From contig NW_021837031.1 of the NCBI RefSeq assembly GCF_006345805.1, positions 1 to 64,000 of the forward strand: a stretch of DNA of 64,000 nt, given 5' to 3'. The stretch comes from Octopus sinensis (lineage: Eukaryota). A program made the translations under genes and the position numbers. Under the pieces are notes generated by a model. It saw nothing but the letters and a program-made list of their open reading frames with translations, did no database searches and was not told the origin of the DNA. Below, one piece after another: positions 1-13,659 of the stretch; the first letter of the stretch is position 1; each line of letters starts with the position of its first letter.

Positions 1-161
1 AGCAAGATATTTAACCAGACCTACTACCAAACCAGCCTATTCAGCTCTTGGATGGGAGGTGTATCATTCAGTCTTATCATAATGAAGAGGACTAATGGTC
101 AATTTTTTTCCAGACATCACAGACAGACAGACACAAACACACACACACTCACACACACACA

Positions 162-200
<39 letters not shown>

Positions 201-455
201 GCACATTTATGTTGTGGTGTAAAGATACGATTGGAAGTTGCTGTCTGGACACTGAAGATTTGGATGCCTAACTGAACTACCAGCCTGTGCGCACTGTCTA
301 TCTATCTATTCATCTATCGAACAACCTATATATATATATATATTATATATATATATATATATTATATATTATAATATATATATATATAATATATATATAT
401 AATATATATAATATCTCATATATACATATATAATACATATATAACCACACACACA

Positions 456-507
<52 letters not shown>

Positions 508-1099
508 TATATATATAATATATATTAATAATATATATATATTATTATATATAATATATATATATGTATGTATGTATGTATGTATATAACGGATTGCCGT
601 GCCGATATCAGATTCGATATTTTGTACATTCATACATAGATACATAGATACATAGATACATACATGTGTGTGTGTATACATATATTTGTATGTAAGTATG
701 TATGCATTTGTTTATATATGCGTTTGTGTCCTTGTGTGTTTACATATATTTATATATGTATCCAGGGAAACAGACATAATTGCTTAATCCAGCACGGTTG
801 TAATTAACTGTTTTCCCTTCTTCACATATATTCTTTCCTACGATGACACTACAATCTAATATCATTCTAGCCACGGCAGATAGAAAAAGACATGAATGCT
901 ACCGAGTACCTTTTGATATCTCGTCAACTCCACTCTACCAGAAATGACTTTAAACGCTTTTATACATAAAAAAACGCACGCACACACACACACGACCACA
1001 CATACCTACATATATATAAACATAAGTATAGAGAATGGACACATATAACATAATTCTAGTCAAAATTATAATAAAAGATGTTTGCCAATTATTTTAGCG

Positions 1100-1423
1100 G
1101 TATCACTTAATTTATCGTCTCAGAAAGGATGAAAGGTAAAGTCGACTCGGAGGAATTTGAACTCAGAACGTTAAGAGAGACAAAATACCTATTTCTTTAT
1201 TACCTACAAGGGGCTAAACATAGAGGGGACAAACAAGGACAGACATAGGTATTAAGTCGATTTCATCGACTCCAGTGCGTAACTGGTACTTATTTAATCG
1301 ACCCCGAAAGGATGAAAGGCAAAGTCGACCTCGGCGGAATTTGAACTCAGAACGTAGCGGCAGACGAAATACTGCTAAGCATTTCTCCCGGCGTGCTAAC
1401 GATTCTACCAGCTCGCCGCCTTA
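1100..1423 (-). mobile_element. tRNA-derived SINE, group B, dimeric form
   Basis: Reverse complement of the head ggcggcgagctggcagaa.cgttagcac...gagttcaaattcc (A/B-box-like), body and tail, plus a second head-less unit. Confidence 0.85.
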
Positions 1424-2000
1424 GACTTATCCCAATACTATTAGTGAAAATTAAACACGTGCATCATCTAGAATCGTTACAAGGTATCTCAATCTCAAGT
1501 TCGGCAATCATACAGAACAGACTTCCGGTTTTACGTGAAATTGTATCAATTCCGAATATAGTTCTGAACGAATGAAACTACATTTAGTTTTTGTTGTATT
1601 TTAGTCTTATTAAACATTCTGCTGACCTTAAGCTGATGCTTCTCATTGTCTCTGTTACTACAGATGAAATGTCAAATGGATATTTATCATTATTTGACGC
1701 CTGTGAATAATAATTACTACAAGAGATTAGCTGTTAACAAAAAGAAATTAATTTTAGATTTTCTTTCTATTTTAAGTCTTCATTAAATTATAGATTTTCG
1801 TAACAGTGTTTCATGAAGCTAAATCTTACGACTTGGCTTTGGTGTTGTTGCATAGCTAAGTTTGTTTAGATCATAACCATCGATCTTTTCTTTTCATTAT
1901 GCTAAATACTCAAATTATTGCTTTGATATCTTTCTATACTATATTTTTGCAAACGTAACACTCGACGGCTCGAACGCTGTGAATAGCTGGATAATACTGA

Positions 2001-2421
2001 ATTCGAACTTAGTAGAGGGTAAGTTGAATACATCGACCTCAGTGTTCAAATTCTACTTATTTTATCGAACCCAAAGGGACGAAATGCAACATCGATCCTA
2101 CCGGAATTTGAACGAAAAAGGCGGACGAAATACCGTTAAGTATTTTGCCCGGTGCGGTAACGATTCTACAAGCTCGCTGCCTTGACAAGAAGAATATTAA
2201 AAAATATTTCGCAAATCTTGGTTTCAAATTTTGGCACAGAACCAGCAATATCAGTGTATGTCTATTACATCGATCCTAGTTCTCAACTAATAATCATGTT
2301 ATCGACCACACAAGGCAAAGTAAACCTCGGCAGAATTTAAACACAGGACATAAATACGTACGAAATGCCTCACAAAGAAGTTTGTGTGGGGCACTGACGA
2401 TTCTGCCAGTAGGCCGCCTTG
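2001..2421 (-). mobile_element. Two adjacent degraded group-B SINEs (~2001-2183, ~2216-2421)
   Basis: Each ends in a gctcgc(c/t)gccttg-like head and carries a diverged gaatttgaac B-box complement. Confidence 0.7.
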
Positions 2422-3262
2422 ATTAGCAGAATAACATTAAGGATTAATAATACTTTCTTGTGCAATTAATTCTACATATCTCATGAGTCATCCAGCTGCC
2501 ATTTTGTTGTAAAGTCACCGGTAAATCATAGACTCTGTATTATGTATTTTGATTAGAGATTAGAGATTAGAGACATGTTTGTCTTTTACTTGAATGAGTT
2601 TAACTGCGTAGTCGAGTATCAACATAAAGAATTTTCGCTTAACAAGATCTGAAAAATATATCAAAATTAGTTTCTTTTTCTTTTGAAACAAGAATTATTT
2701 ACAGCTTGAAGAACGTCTCAAAAAATATTCTATATTAATAAGTACGTTCCTGGTTACGAAAGACAAGTATGTTTAAAGAAAAATAACGTAACTCAATTCA
2801 GAGTTAATTAAGGGGTTGAAAATGCTAACGAGAATATTCAGGATGAAGGAAACTGTTTTGGATAAAAAAAACAAAAAACAACTGATCAACGGTAACAAAT
2901 GTTGTGTAACGATGTCCAGAATATGTTGGGCGACCATAGTCTTGCTCTCTTCTAGATAAGTTTTGTTTAATTCGGTCTTCAATCGCAGCTTCTCACTATA
3001 ACCACGTATTTATATTCGGATAATTCATTTGAGGAGATACCTAATTATACTTTGGGATTCATATTCCAACTGAGAGGAACTTCCTTCATGAACGTCATTG
3101 ACCAGAATGTTTATTGGATTATCCTTCACCTCCGTCTCAGTGATTTGGAATAATCTCGAATATGGTCAATGTCATTCACAGTTTTCTTCTATTATGCGCA
3201 GGTTCATACTACTTCGTTTCAATATATTTTCCAAAGCGTTGGTATAATTCCAAAGGTATGAG

Positions 3263-3343
<81 letters not shown>

Positions 3344-3637
3344 CTCTCACTCATTCTCTCCTCTCTCTCTCTCTCTCTCTCTATCATCTCTCATTGTAGC
3401 TCGTCCCATTCTCCCTCTCTATATTATGTGGTATACCAATGTCTGGTTAAAACACCAAATTCATATTCTCTGTAATTATTTGATAAAACTATTGGTGATT
3501 TCAACGTTGGAGAATACGATCATTTGTTGGTATCACGAAACTGACACACCTACATTGCACATTTTCGTTATCCTGACAGTAACAACACTTTCTAAATCTC
3601 TTTCTCTTCCCGCCCACACACACAATCACACAGACTC

Positions 3638-3672
<35 letters not shown>

Positions 3673-3809
3673 CGTGTATATGTGTGTGTGCGTGCATATA
3701 TGAATGTGTATATATAATATTACATATAAATATATATATATATATATTATGTGTTCGTGTATGTATGTACTTATTTATATATGTATGTATATATAAATGT
3801 GACCGCGTG

Positions 3810-4002
3810 TGTACCGTTAGCGATTTTTTTTCCTCCTTCTTCCCTTCCTTGGCTCTTTCCTTTTCCTATGTTTCTGTCGAAGAGCTCCGCTCGAAACGTT
3901 AAATTCTCCTTCTTTCCTTCTTTCCTTAGCGTCCAATAATACTATACTTGTTCCACGTCCTCGCGTTGTTGTGTTTACTATTTGTGTTTTCATTGTTGGG
4001 AT

Positions 4003-4008
<6 letters not shown>
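3810..4008 (+). mobile_element. PLE-terminal-repeat-like element with hammerhead-like core (subfamily 1)
   Basis: tttCTGTCGA-a-GAGCtccGCTC-GAAACGTT-aaa at 3874-3898. Flanks are shared with 28262-28450. Confidence 0.55.
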
Positions 4009-4074
<66 letters not shown>

Positions 4075-4378
4075 ATAGACTCTTCCGTCGTCAGACGACG
4101 TATGAGGTTCTGGCGACTTCTCACGGAAAAACCGCACAGATGATTTGTTTATGGTGATTAAATGCTTGTTTACACATAAGTTGACCCACTCCATCAAATG
4201 GACATTACCTGTACAGGTGCACCTTGTGCCACATGTTAGACAGACGACGAAATAATCGCAGAGCAACTTGAAATAAAGTGCTTTGCTCAAGAACACGACG
4301 CAACGCCCGGTCTGAATATCGAAACCTCACTCTCGCAATCGTGAGTGTAGCACCCTAACCACTAAGCCATGCGCCTAC
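4075..4378 (-). mobile_element. tRNA-derived SINE (C/D-type head, distinct tail)
   Basis: aaagtgctttgctcaagaacac...gcccggtctga...ctaaccactaagccatgcgcct. Confidence 0.75.
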
Positions 4379-4606
4379 ACATATTTCTCAGATTAATCAA
4401 ATAATTTTAGTAAAGATTTGCTTTAATATTCTGGTTGCTCTATTTATATCTCAGTGTTTCACTGTTGCGTTATTTCAGTTATAACATTTAATTTTTCCAG
4501 GGAACAACAGCCTGTCATTTCATTTCTCTTTTCTGTATTATTTTCTTGAATATAAAGGGTGCAGAGAAAATACTCTCCTCTTTGCTCGCAACCTAATCCA
4601 CTTTTT

Positions 4607-5035
4607 CGGCTGGCAGAAACGTTGGCACGCCGGGCGAAATGCTTAGTGGTATTTCGTCTGCCGTTACGTTCTGAGTTCAAATTCCGCCGAGGTCGACTTT
4701 GCCTTTCATCCTTTCGGGATCGATAAATTAAGTACCAGTTACGCACTGGGGTCGTTGTAATCGATTTAATCCCTTTGTTTATCCTTGTTTCTCCCCATTA
4801 CGATTAGCCCTTTGTGGCCAATAAAAAAATAAGAAATGTTAGCACGCCGGGCAAAATGCTTAGTAGTATTTCGTCTGTCTTTACGTTCTGAGTTGAAATT
4901 CTGCCGTGGTCGACTTTGCATTTCATCCTATCGGGATCGATAAATTAAATATCAGTTGCCTACTGGGTTCACTCTAATCGACTGGCCCCCGCTCACCAAA
5001 AATATCGGGCCTTGTGTCTAGAGTAGAAAAGAATT
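4607..5035 (+). mobile_element. Two head-to-tail group-B SINEs with different tails
   Basis: ggctggcagaaacgttggcacgccgggcg...gtggccaataaaaaaat, then gttagcacgccgggc...cttgtgtctagagtagaaaagaa. Confidence 0.85.
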
Positions 5036-5577
5036 ACTAGAGAGTCGAGGAAAATTTGAAGCTATTAACTGTTTGAGTTCAAACCCAGCAGAGGTTAACT
5101 TCACCTTTCACTCTTTCTGGGCCGACAAATGAATTAGAATTTAAGTCCTACAAATCATTGTCTTTTGATATTCTCCGTTACACAATATATTGCGCTAGTC
5201 ATTCACTGGTCCATCCTTTTCCTTTACATTATCAAAAGCACGAACTCGCTGTTAGAAATACACGTGTATCCGAAAGTTGCTTCATACTCCGAGTTTTAGG
5301 AGTATGTAGGCAGTTGATTGAACAATCGAATCCTCGTCGTAGAAACCGACGAAGGACCTCCGATACGGTATAAAACCTGCGGCCATTTTTATTAACAGAA
5401 AATGTTTCATAAAAGACTTTTGAATTGAATCACATTTACAAATCCCTGTTGTATGATAACAATTGTTTTTGTAGACATTGAAAATTTAGGTAAATGGATT
5501 TTCTCTTAATGTACTTATATAATATAGGCGAGGCATAACAATCGAATGTAATTATGCAGCCTGTAGGGTTATTATAT

Positions 5578-5635
<58 letters not shown>

Positions 5636-5962
5636 GTGTGTTGTGTGTGGTGTGTGTGTGTGTGTGTATGTGTGGTGTTGTGTGTGTGTGTGCACCTTCG
5701 AGCTTCTATATATGTATATATATATGTATCTACATGTATGTATATATATATATATAGATATATATATATATATACATACATACACATATACATCTATATA
5801 TGCACTATTATATATTACCATATATATATATATAATATATAATATATATATATATATATATATTATGTATATATATACATATACATATTCATCTATATAT
5901 GTATATGTATATACATATATACACGCATGCATCTCTCTCTCTCTATATATATATATAGATAT

Positions 5963-6033
<71 letters not shown>

Positions 6034-6840
6034 TACATATATATGTGTGTGTGTGCGTGCTTGTATCTATGTATATCTACATATAACACGTATAGATATA
6101 CATAATTTGATATATATGTATTTTTATGTATATCGATATAATATATATATATACATATATGCATATAAGTGTGTGTGTGTCTTTACTATTTTATGTACAT
6201 GTGTGTATATATGCATATAGATGTGTTTATATGCGTGTGTGTTTATACGAGAGTCTGTGTTTATGCATATTATTGTCTCTATATATATTGCTGTACTGAT
6301 ATATGTGTTCCGCCCATTACATATGTCATTATATAGATTTCTGAGTTGACAAGACATCATTCATATCCTCCCAAATGGCTCGTCCAATTCATCCGCTACA
6401 AAGACGTATTGGTTTTCTTATCATTTTCAATAAGGACCGGGGAATTATCTCTAACTTAATCCTATATATATATAAACCCTTCTAACACTAATGCGCTGTT
6501 CAACGATACGAAAGAATCGATATCAAACTGGTTAACAGATGTTTCCAGTCGTGCGAAGAAACCTCTTGTCATCAACAAGCGCATTCTGGAATTCACATCC
6601 TTACACTTTCTCTCTCTCACACACACACACACCACACACACACAATCATACACACAGTCACTCACACACAATACACACACGCATTCACGTGTGTATATAT
6701 TCTTATATGTACAAACTCTCACGGACAAATACGCAATTGATATATAAATATATATATACATACACATATATATATATATCTAAATACATATACGTATACA
6801 TATATATATATAACTATATTTACCTGTATATAAACACACT

Positions 6841-6893
<53 letters not shown>

Positions 6894-8194
6894 CGTGCGT
6901 ATATATGGATACGTATATCCATGCTTAAATTTTATACATCGAAGTATATGTACATATAAGTATATATGTATGTGGGGGGGTGTGTGGTGTGTGTGTGCGC
7001 GCGCTTTTCGTCACATTTTGTGCATGTAAGACATTGTGTAGGTCCACTGACTACGCTAACAAGATCATTGTCTTCATGAAATATTCATTTTTGAATCGAA
7101 AGATCTGTTCTTCTTTCACCTCCCATATACTCAATCCTAGATGAATTTTGCCGAGGAAGATGAGAAATCCGTTGCGCAAAAGACAAGACTGCATTTACAT
7201 GTGAGAATTATAAATCCGTTTTTAAATATACTACAGCTTTAGTTACAAATGCCAAGTGAAGATGGTAAACACTGATTTATATCTATAATATTCGACAACT
7301 TCTATGCGTATAATTTAATTAAACTGCTTGAATGTTAAAGATAAAACAGATTATTTAAAAAGGAAAACCGAGACAATTGATAAGTGTTGCCACGACCAAG
7401 AATCTTTATTAAAGCAAAATCAATGGAAACATTAGAACATATAGTGATGCTAGATTTAGGTTATCGTCACACTCAAAATAACTTACGAATAAAAAATCCA
7501 AAACACGATATATTACTAACACTATGACGTCCGACTGAATACGTCATACAAGCCATTTCTAACTAAATAATGCACTTGGGCCTGTTAGGTTAACAGAATG
7601 TCCAACACCAAGTGCTATTATACAAATTAAATGCCCATACAACGCCCACAATATCCATATCTATGTACGCTTGTATATGTTTACAGATGTACATATGTAT
7701 GCATGTTTTAAATATGTACCATATATATATGTATATATATGTGTGTGTGTGTGAGTGTTTGTGTGTATATGTGTATATATATATATTTATATATATATAA
7801 GCATACATATACATGGATTTACAATTATATACATGCCTATATATATACATATATATTCATTTTCCTCAGTTTCAGTCGTAAGACTGCGGCCATGCCGGGA
7901 CACCACTGTTTAATTTGCTACACATTCAATAAACCTTCTCTGATATGTGATATTTGGTGGAGGAGGGAGTTCGACGTTACTGCCCTAATCTGTGCTTCAT
8001 GCCTAGAGGTAGGTTCATCTGGAACTCTTGATATAAGAAAATAGAGTTTTGTTTTGAAGAAGCCTATATCCACGCCATGCAGGTCTCTCAGACATTGTGG
8101 GAGGATTCTGAAGAGCTGTGACCTTTGAAGCCTAAACTGTTGCAGTACATATATATATATATATGATATATATATATATATATATATATATGAT

Positions 8195-8568
8195 CTATTC
8201 TACTTTAGGCACAAGGCCTAGATTACATCGATCCTAGTATGCAACTGTACTTAACTTATCGACTCCGAAAGGATGAAAAGCAAAATCGACCTCGGCAGAA
8301 TTTGAACTCAGAACATAAAGGCGGACGAAATACCTATTTCTTTACTACCACAAGGAGCTAAACACAGAAGAGACAAACAAGGACAGACAAACGGATTAAA
8401 TCGATTATATCGACCCCGGTGCGTAACTGGTACTTATTTAATCGACCCCGAAAAGATGAGAATGCAAAGCCGACCTCGGCAGAATTTGAACTCACAACGT
8501 AAAGGCGGACGAAATATCGCTAAGTGTTCCGCCCGGCGTACTAACGTTTCAACCAGCTCGCCGCCTTA
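8195..8568 (-). mobile_element. Group-B SINE, dimeric form
   Basis: Same internal junction gacgaaatacctatttcttt at ~8324. Head gctcgccgcctta at the right end. Confidence 0.85.
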
Positions 8569-9192
8569 AAATATATACATAATATATGAGAATAATATAT
8601 ATGTGCGCGTGTGTGCGCGTGTGTGCGTGTAGAAGAAGAACGAAATACTTGATATAAGAGACAGCAGATGATACAAATATGAGAAAATGACAGAAGACAC
8701 AGGATCGGTGCACAATCAATTATAATACCAAGCAATCATGCTCTTTGCTCTAAGTAGAAAGGAATATTATTAAAGTGTAGTTATAGTCACTTATTCTGTG
8801 ATGACGTCAATGGTTCTAATCTATAGTCTAAGGGTTTTGTTTCTATAGTAGTTACATAAAGGGAAACGAGTGCTCAATAACTATTGCAGTCTTGTATCGT
8901 TCGTCCTTGCGTCTTTCTCATTTTGTCTCTCTTAAGATTTATGGAAGTAAATCTTAAGAACAGCTACTGTAGTTCCATTTCTATCTCTTCTTCTCTATCT
9001 CATTCTCTCTGGCTTTTAATGTCTGTCTCTGGCTGAGTGTAACTATAACCTAAATCTAGCATCATTGTATGTTTCAATAAAGATCCTTGGTCGTGGCAAC
9101 ACTTGTCAATTATCTCGGTATGTTTGTGTATGTATGTATATTAATCGCCGTTGTTCAGGGCATGTGTATATATATATATATGTCTGTGTGTG

Positions 9193-9223
<31 letters not shown>

Positions 9224-9228
9224 GTATG

Positions 9229-9285
<57 letters not shown>

Positions 9286-9705
9286 TTACACTTAACGTAG
9301 TTACCAGGGACATTCAAACTGAGACTGCGAATGTGACAGGGCTGGCCCATCGAACTGGAGGGGAGCAACGTAAAATAAAGTACCGTGCTCAAAGACAGAT
9401 CGCGACGTCAGGAATCGAACTCATGACTATAAGATCTCCAGCCAAATGCACTAACTACTAAACTACACCTCCACACAATTTCTCTCTGTCTCTCTGTCTC
9501 TCTCTGTCTCTCTCTGTTTGTCTCTCTCTTTCTCCCTCCCTCTCTCTCTCTCTCTTTTTCTAGCACATACACATGTATATCCACAGGGAATATGGATACA
9601 CATGCGTAGGTGGGTGGGAACTATTTTTTAAAATTAAGCGCTCACGCTTCTCTGTCTTTGTCTCTGTCTCCTCTCTCTCTCTCTCTCTCCTCTCTATATT
9701 ATATA

Positions 9706-9755
<50 letters not shown>

Positions 9756-10305
9756 ATATATAGATATATTATATATATATATATATATATCTATGTATAT
9801 ATATATATATATATTATATACATTATATATAGATATTATATATTTACATATGTTGTGTGTGTGTGTATAATGCGTGGTGTCAATTTATGGAAAGAAATCC
9901 CACAAAATTCAAAATTTAGTTAAAACTGGGGAACACAAGTTTTTAAAGTTTCGTTTCGTACATAGATATACAAATAATGCAAATTCGTTATTGAATTAAA
10001 TTAAATTAAATTAATTAAATAAATTATTTAATTATACATCAATGTATTCTTAAGTGCAGGAGGTATAAACAAATTTTTTACAAAGAACTTGAGAACGGAA
10101 ATAGCAGAAGAATAGAATCTTGGAGATTCATATTTCATATGTGTACGTGTGAGTGTGTGTGAGTGTGTGTGAATGTTGTGTGTGTGTGTAAGAAAAAAAT
10201 ATTAACTATGTATATATTTTATACACATATATATATACGTAATATATATATATATATATACATATACATGCATATATATTATATATAATATATTATATAT
10301 ATACA

Positions 10306-10340
<35 letters not shown>

Positions 10341-10346
10341 GCATAT

Positions 10347-10382
<36 letters not shown>

Positions 10383-11324
10383 ATTAAAATAATATAAGAG
10401 TGGTATATTGCTCACTCTAGCATATTAATCCAAATTTCAACACGAAAATACTTGGTGTTGATAAATATACTATTAAATTAGTATCTAATCTCTCACCCTT
10501 ATTAATTAATATATATATATATATATATAATAATAATATATTATATATATATATTACATGCATATATATAATATATATAATATGTTTGTGTGTGTGTATA
10601 TTCTTTTATTGTTTCATTTTTCAGCCTTAAGGATGTGACCATGCTGGGACAGCAGGAAGCGAGAGTTGAATTTGCTTGCTAGAGATTCGTTCGTTCGCCA
10701 CTTAATTCTCCCATCTCAAGAGTGTAATGTATAGAACTTTGCTTGGGAAATGACTTAGGTGGATGCTGTATAGTATGCTGAAGATTATGCTGATAATGAT
10801 GTTGATGATGACGATAATGATTACGGTGGTGGTGGTGGTGGTGATGATGAGGATGATGATGATGATATAGAAATTACAGGGAATATCGGGAAAATCATCA
10901 TCAGCATCATCATCATCTCCAATTATGCCATGTTGACGATGATGATGATGTGAGCGGATGTGTTGAGCGATGATGTGACAAGATATGGTTGGAGGATTTT
11001 AAGAGAGAGACAGAGAGAGAATGATGGGGAGCGAGTGAATGAACGTTTGGAAGAAAGTAGGAGAGAGAAGAGAGAGAGAGAGAGAGAAGAGAGGGATAGA
11101 GAGAGAGAGAGAGAGATATGAGGGATAGAGAAGAGGAGAGAGAGAGAGAAGATGAGAGATAGCGAGAGAGAAGCTGAGAGATAGCGAGAGAGAGGATGAG
11201 AGAGAAGAGAAAGAGAGTGGGTGGGGCAAATGCTGATTTTGGCGTGAGAGACTTAAATTTACTCTGGAACGATGAATAATTTTGAGAAAACAGCTCACGC
11301 AAACACACACACACGTGTGTATTA

Positions 11325-11362
<38 letters not shown>

Positions 11363-12336
11363 TATACGCACATATATGTATACACACCATACATACATGC
11401 ATATATATTTATATAATATATATACATAAATAAACGGAAGGAAGTAATTTTTTTTATATTTTCTTAATGAATTCTAAATAAAAGTGTGAAATATTCTGGA
11501 AAATCATCGGATATGGCAGATTAATAATTTGGTAGGAATGGATGCCAGAGGCATTTAGCCAGGAATTCCAATGAATCTCTACCGTTCCACGTAAGAGAAT
11601 TCTCAGTCAATGACACCTTATATTTAACCGTTTTGTTTAGAATTTTTAAAATTTAGTTTTGTAGATTTTAGTTTTTATTGAAGAGAGAGACAAAGACAGA
11701 GAAGGAGAAAGAAAGAGAGTGAGAGAAAGATAAATAGAGAGAGAGAGAGAAATGTTTCTTGAAAAAATCCCCTCATTTCTTCAAGCAAGAGAATACAACG
11801 GAAGAATAATTTCTAAAGCACAACATTTTGAAGATTATCTGTGCGTTGTTGCTCTTTTTTTCGGTGTAAATTACGGTATTTTTTGTTGTTCTTATTTTGT
11901 TGTAATTCTTATAGTTGTTGCTGTTGTTGTTGTTGATGCTGCTGTCAGTTCTGACCAAGAATATGAATTCCAACTATGACCATCACTTCATTATATCTTT
12001 TGATTTGTCATTTTTTTAAAAGCACAAGTCTATCTAAGATTATATTATCCGTTGTGTATATTCGTTTAAGATGGCCGATTAGTTGTTCTATGGGAAGAGA
12101 ATTTCAAATATTATTTCTGGAAGATACCGAACGTGTCCATTTTAAATTTCCTTTTCATTCACATTAGAGACATACGTAGATGTGCGGTAAGAGGTTTGCT
12201 TCACAGCCACATGGCTTTGGGTGCAGTCCCACTGAGTGGTGTTTTGAGCAACTGCATTTTACTTCAGCCCCAGAAAAAGGGGCTGTAGTAGAAGACACAT
12301 TTGAAACGATTGCTAAACGCAAACTAAAACCTGCCC

Positions 12337-12417
<81 letters not shown>

Positions 12418-12515
12418 TGTGTGGTGTGTGTGTGTGTGTGTGTGTGTGTGCATGTGTATGTATATATGTACAGAATATAAATATTAATATATATATATAT
12501 ACATGCATATACATG

Positions 12516-13010
12516 TTTTTCTTGTGCTTGTGCGAATGTAGACGTATGTATGAACTTTTACGGTGCGCGCGCGTGTATGAGTTTGTATATATATATATGC
12601 ATATGCATGTGGCGAAAAAGGCGAGTGAAGATGTGTACGTTTTCGTAGTGATGCATGTATACGTACGTGTGTGCGCAAGCGCACATGAGTACGTATGGAC
12701 AGGCACGCTTACGTGTTTACTATAAACTTTTAACTTTATCTTATTTAGCGGTCATTCGAATTAGCGCTTTTTATAAGTAGCGGTCTATAACACAGTAATT
12801 TCCCTTTGTATAACGGTCTTTTTTCATAGCGTTTTTGAGAAGGCCAGATAACCGAAGAGATGGTGGTGTGGATTTCCACCTCGGCATCCAGAACTCAGAG
12901 TTTTATCTTGGCTACTAAATAATTGTCACATTATTTTACAGATAAATTCCTCTATTTACATAATATTGAGATCACTTTCTTTATTTTGTTATTTTACCGT
13001 TTTTACCAAT
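12516..13010 (+). repeat. Third copy (solo arm) of the fold-back element
   Basis: Collinear with 34250-34627 over hundreds of bases (e.g. gcggtcattcgaattagcgct, ccagataaccgaagagatggtggtgtggatttccacctcggcatcc, ending ttttaccaata) and retains the ~140 bp missing from the right arm. Confidence 0.9.
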
Positions 13011-13025
13011 ATATATATATATATA

Positions 13026-13413
13026 GGCACAGGAGTGGCTGTGTGGTAAGTAGCTTGCTAACCAACGACATGGTTCCGGGTTCAGTCCCACTGCGTGGCA
13101 TCTTCGGCAAGTGTCTTCTGCTATAGCCCCGGGCCGACCAAAGCCTCGTTAGTGGATTTGGTAGACGGAAACTGAAAGAAGCCTGTCGTATATATGTATA
13201 TATATGTATATGTGTGTGTTTGTGTTTGTCTCCCTAGCATTACTTGACAACCGATGCTGGTGTGTTTACGTCCCCGTCACTTAGCAGTTCGGCAAAAGAG
13301 ACCGATAAAATAAGTACTGGGCTTTCAAAGAATAAGTCCCGGGGTCGATTTGCTCGTCTAAAGGCGGTGCTCCAGCATGGCCGCAGTCAAATGACTGAAA
13401 CAAGTAAAAGAGA
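13026..13413 (+). mobile_element. tRNA-derived SINE, group A (internal microsatellite, (AAAAGAGT)n tail)
   Basis: Head ggc.caggagtggctgtgtggtaag...gggttcagtccc, CORE-like tcgggcaagtgtctt, tail gactgaaacaagtaaaagag. Confidence 0.9.
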
Positions 13414-13421
13414 AAAAAAAG

Positions 13422-13452
<31 letters not shown>

Positions 13453-13624
13453 TCCACTCCAGAGATAACTAAATTTTATGAATTTGTGCTATCTTTCTTC
13501 CTCGATTTGACATGTGTGTAATAATGATAGTGAAGATATTTTATCGTGTTTCGACGATTTAGCGACTATTTTCGGCATATAGGCAAAGAAAACTTTTCTA
13601 CGATCTTATTCATAAACGCATGTG

Positions 13625-13659
<35 letters not shown>

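Noticed and set aside
2590-2648. Possible next minus-strand exon (tatatttttcag|AT CTT GTT AAG...CAA|gtaaaa), which would give GDRG-D-LVKRKFFMLILDYAVKLIQ
   Set aside because: Good acceptor and compatible phase, but the peptide is unrecognisable and such sites occur by chance in AT-rich DNA. Needs junction reads.
3202-3255. Plus-strand exon candidates (also 7141-7200, 14749-14778, and from 36494 and 45628)
   Set aside because: AG/GT pairs are present but the peptides are unrecognisable, do not link into a coherent frame, and are antisense to the supported gene.
10790-10916. (GAT)n/(CAT)n inverted trinucleotide hairpin
   Set aside because: Short, and expected by chance given the microsatellite density.
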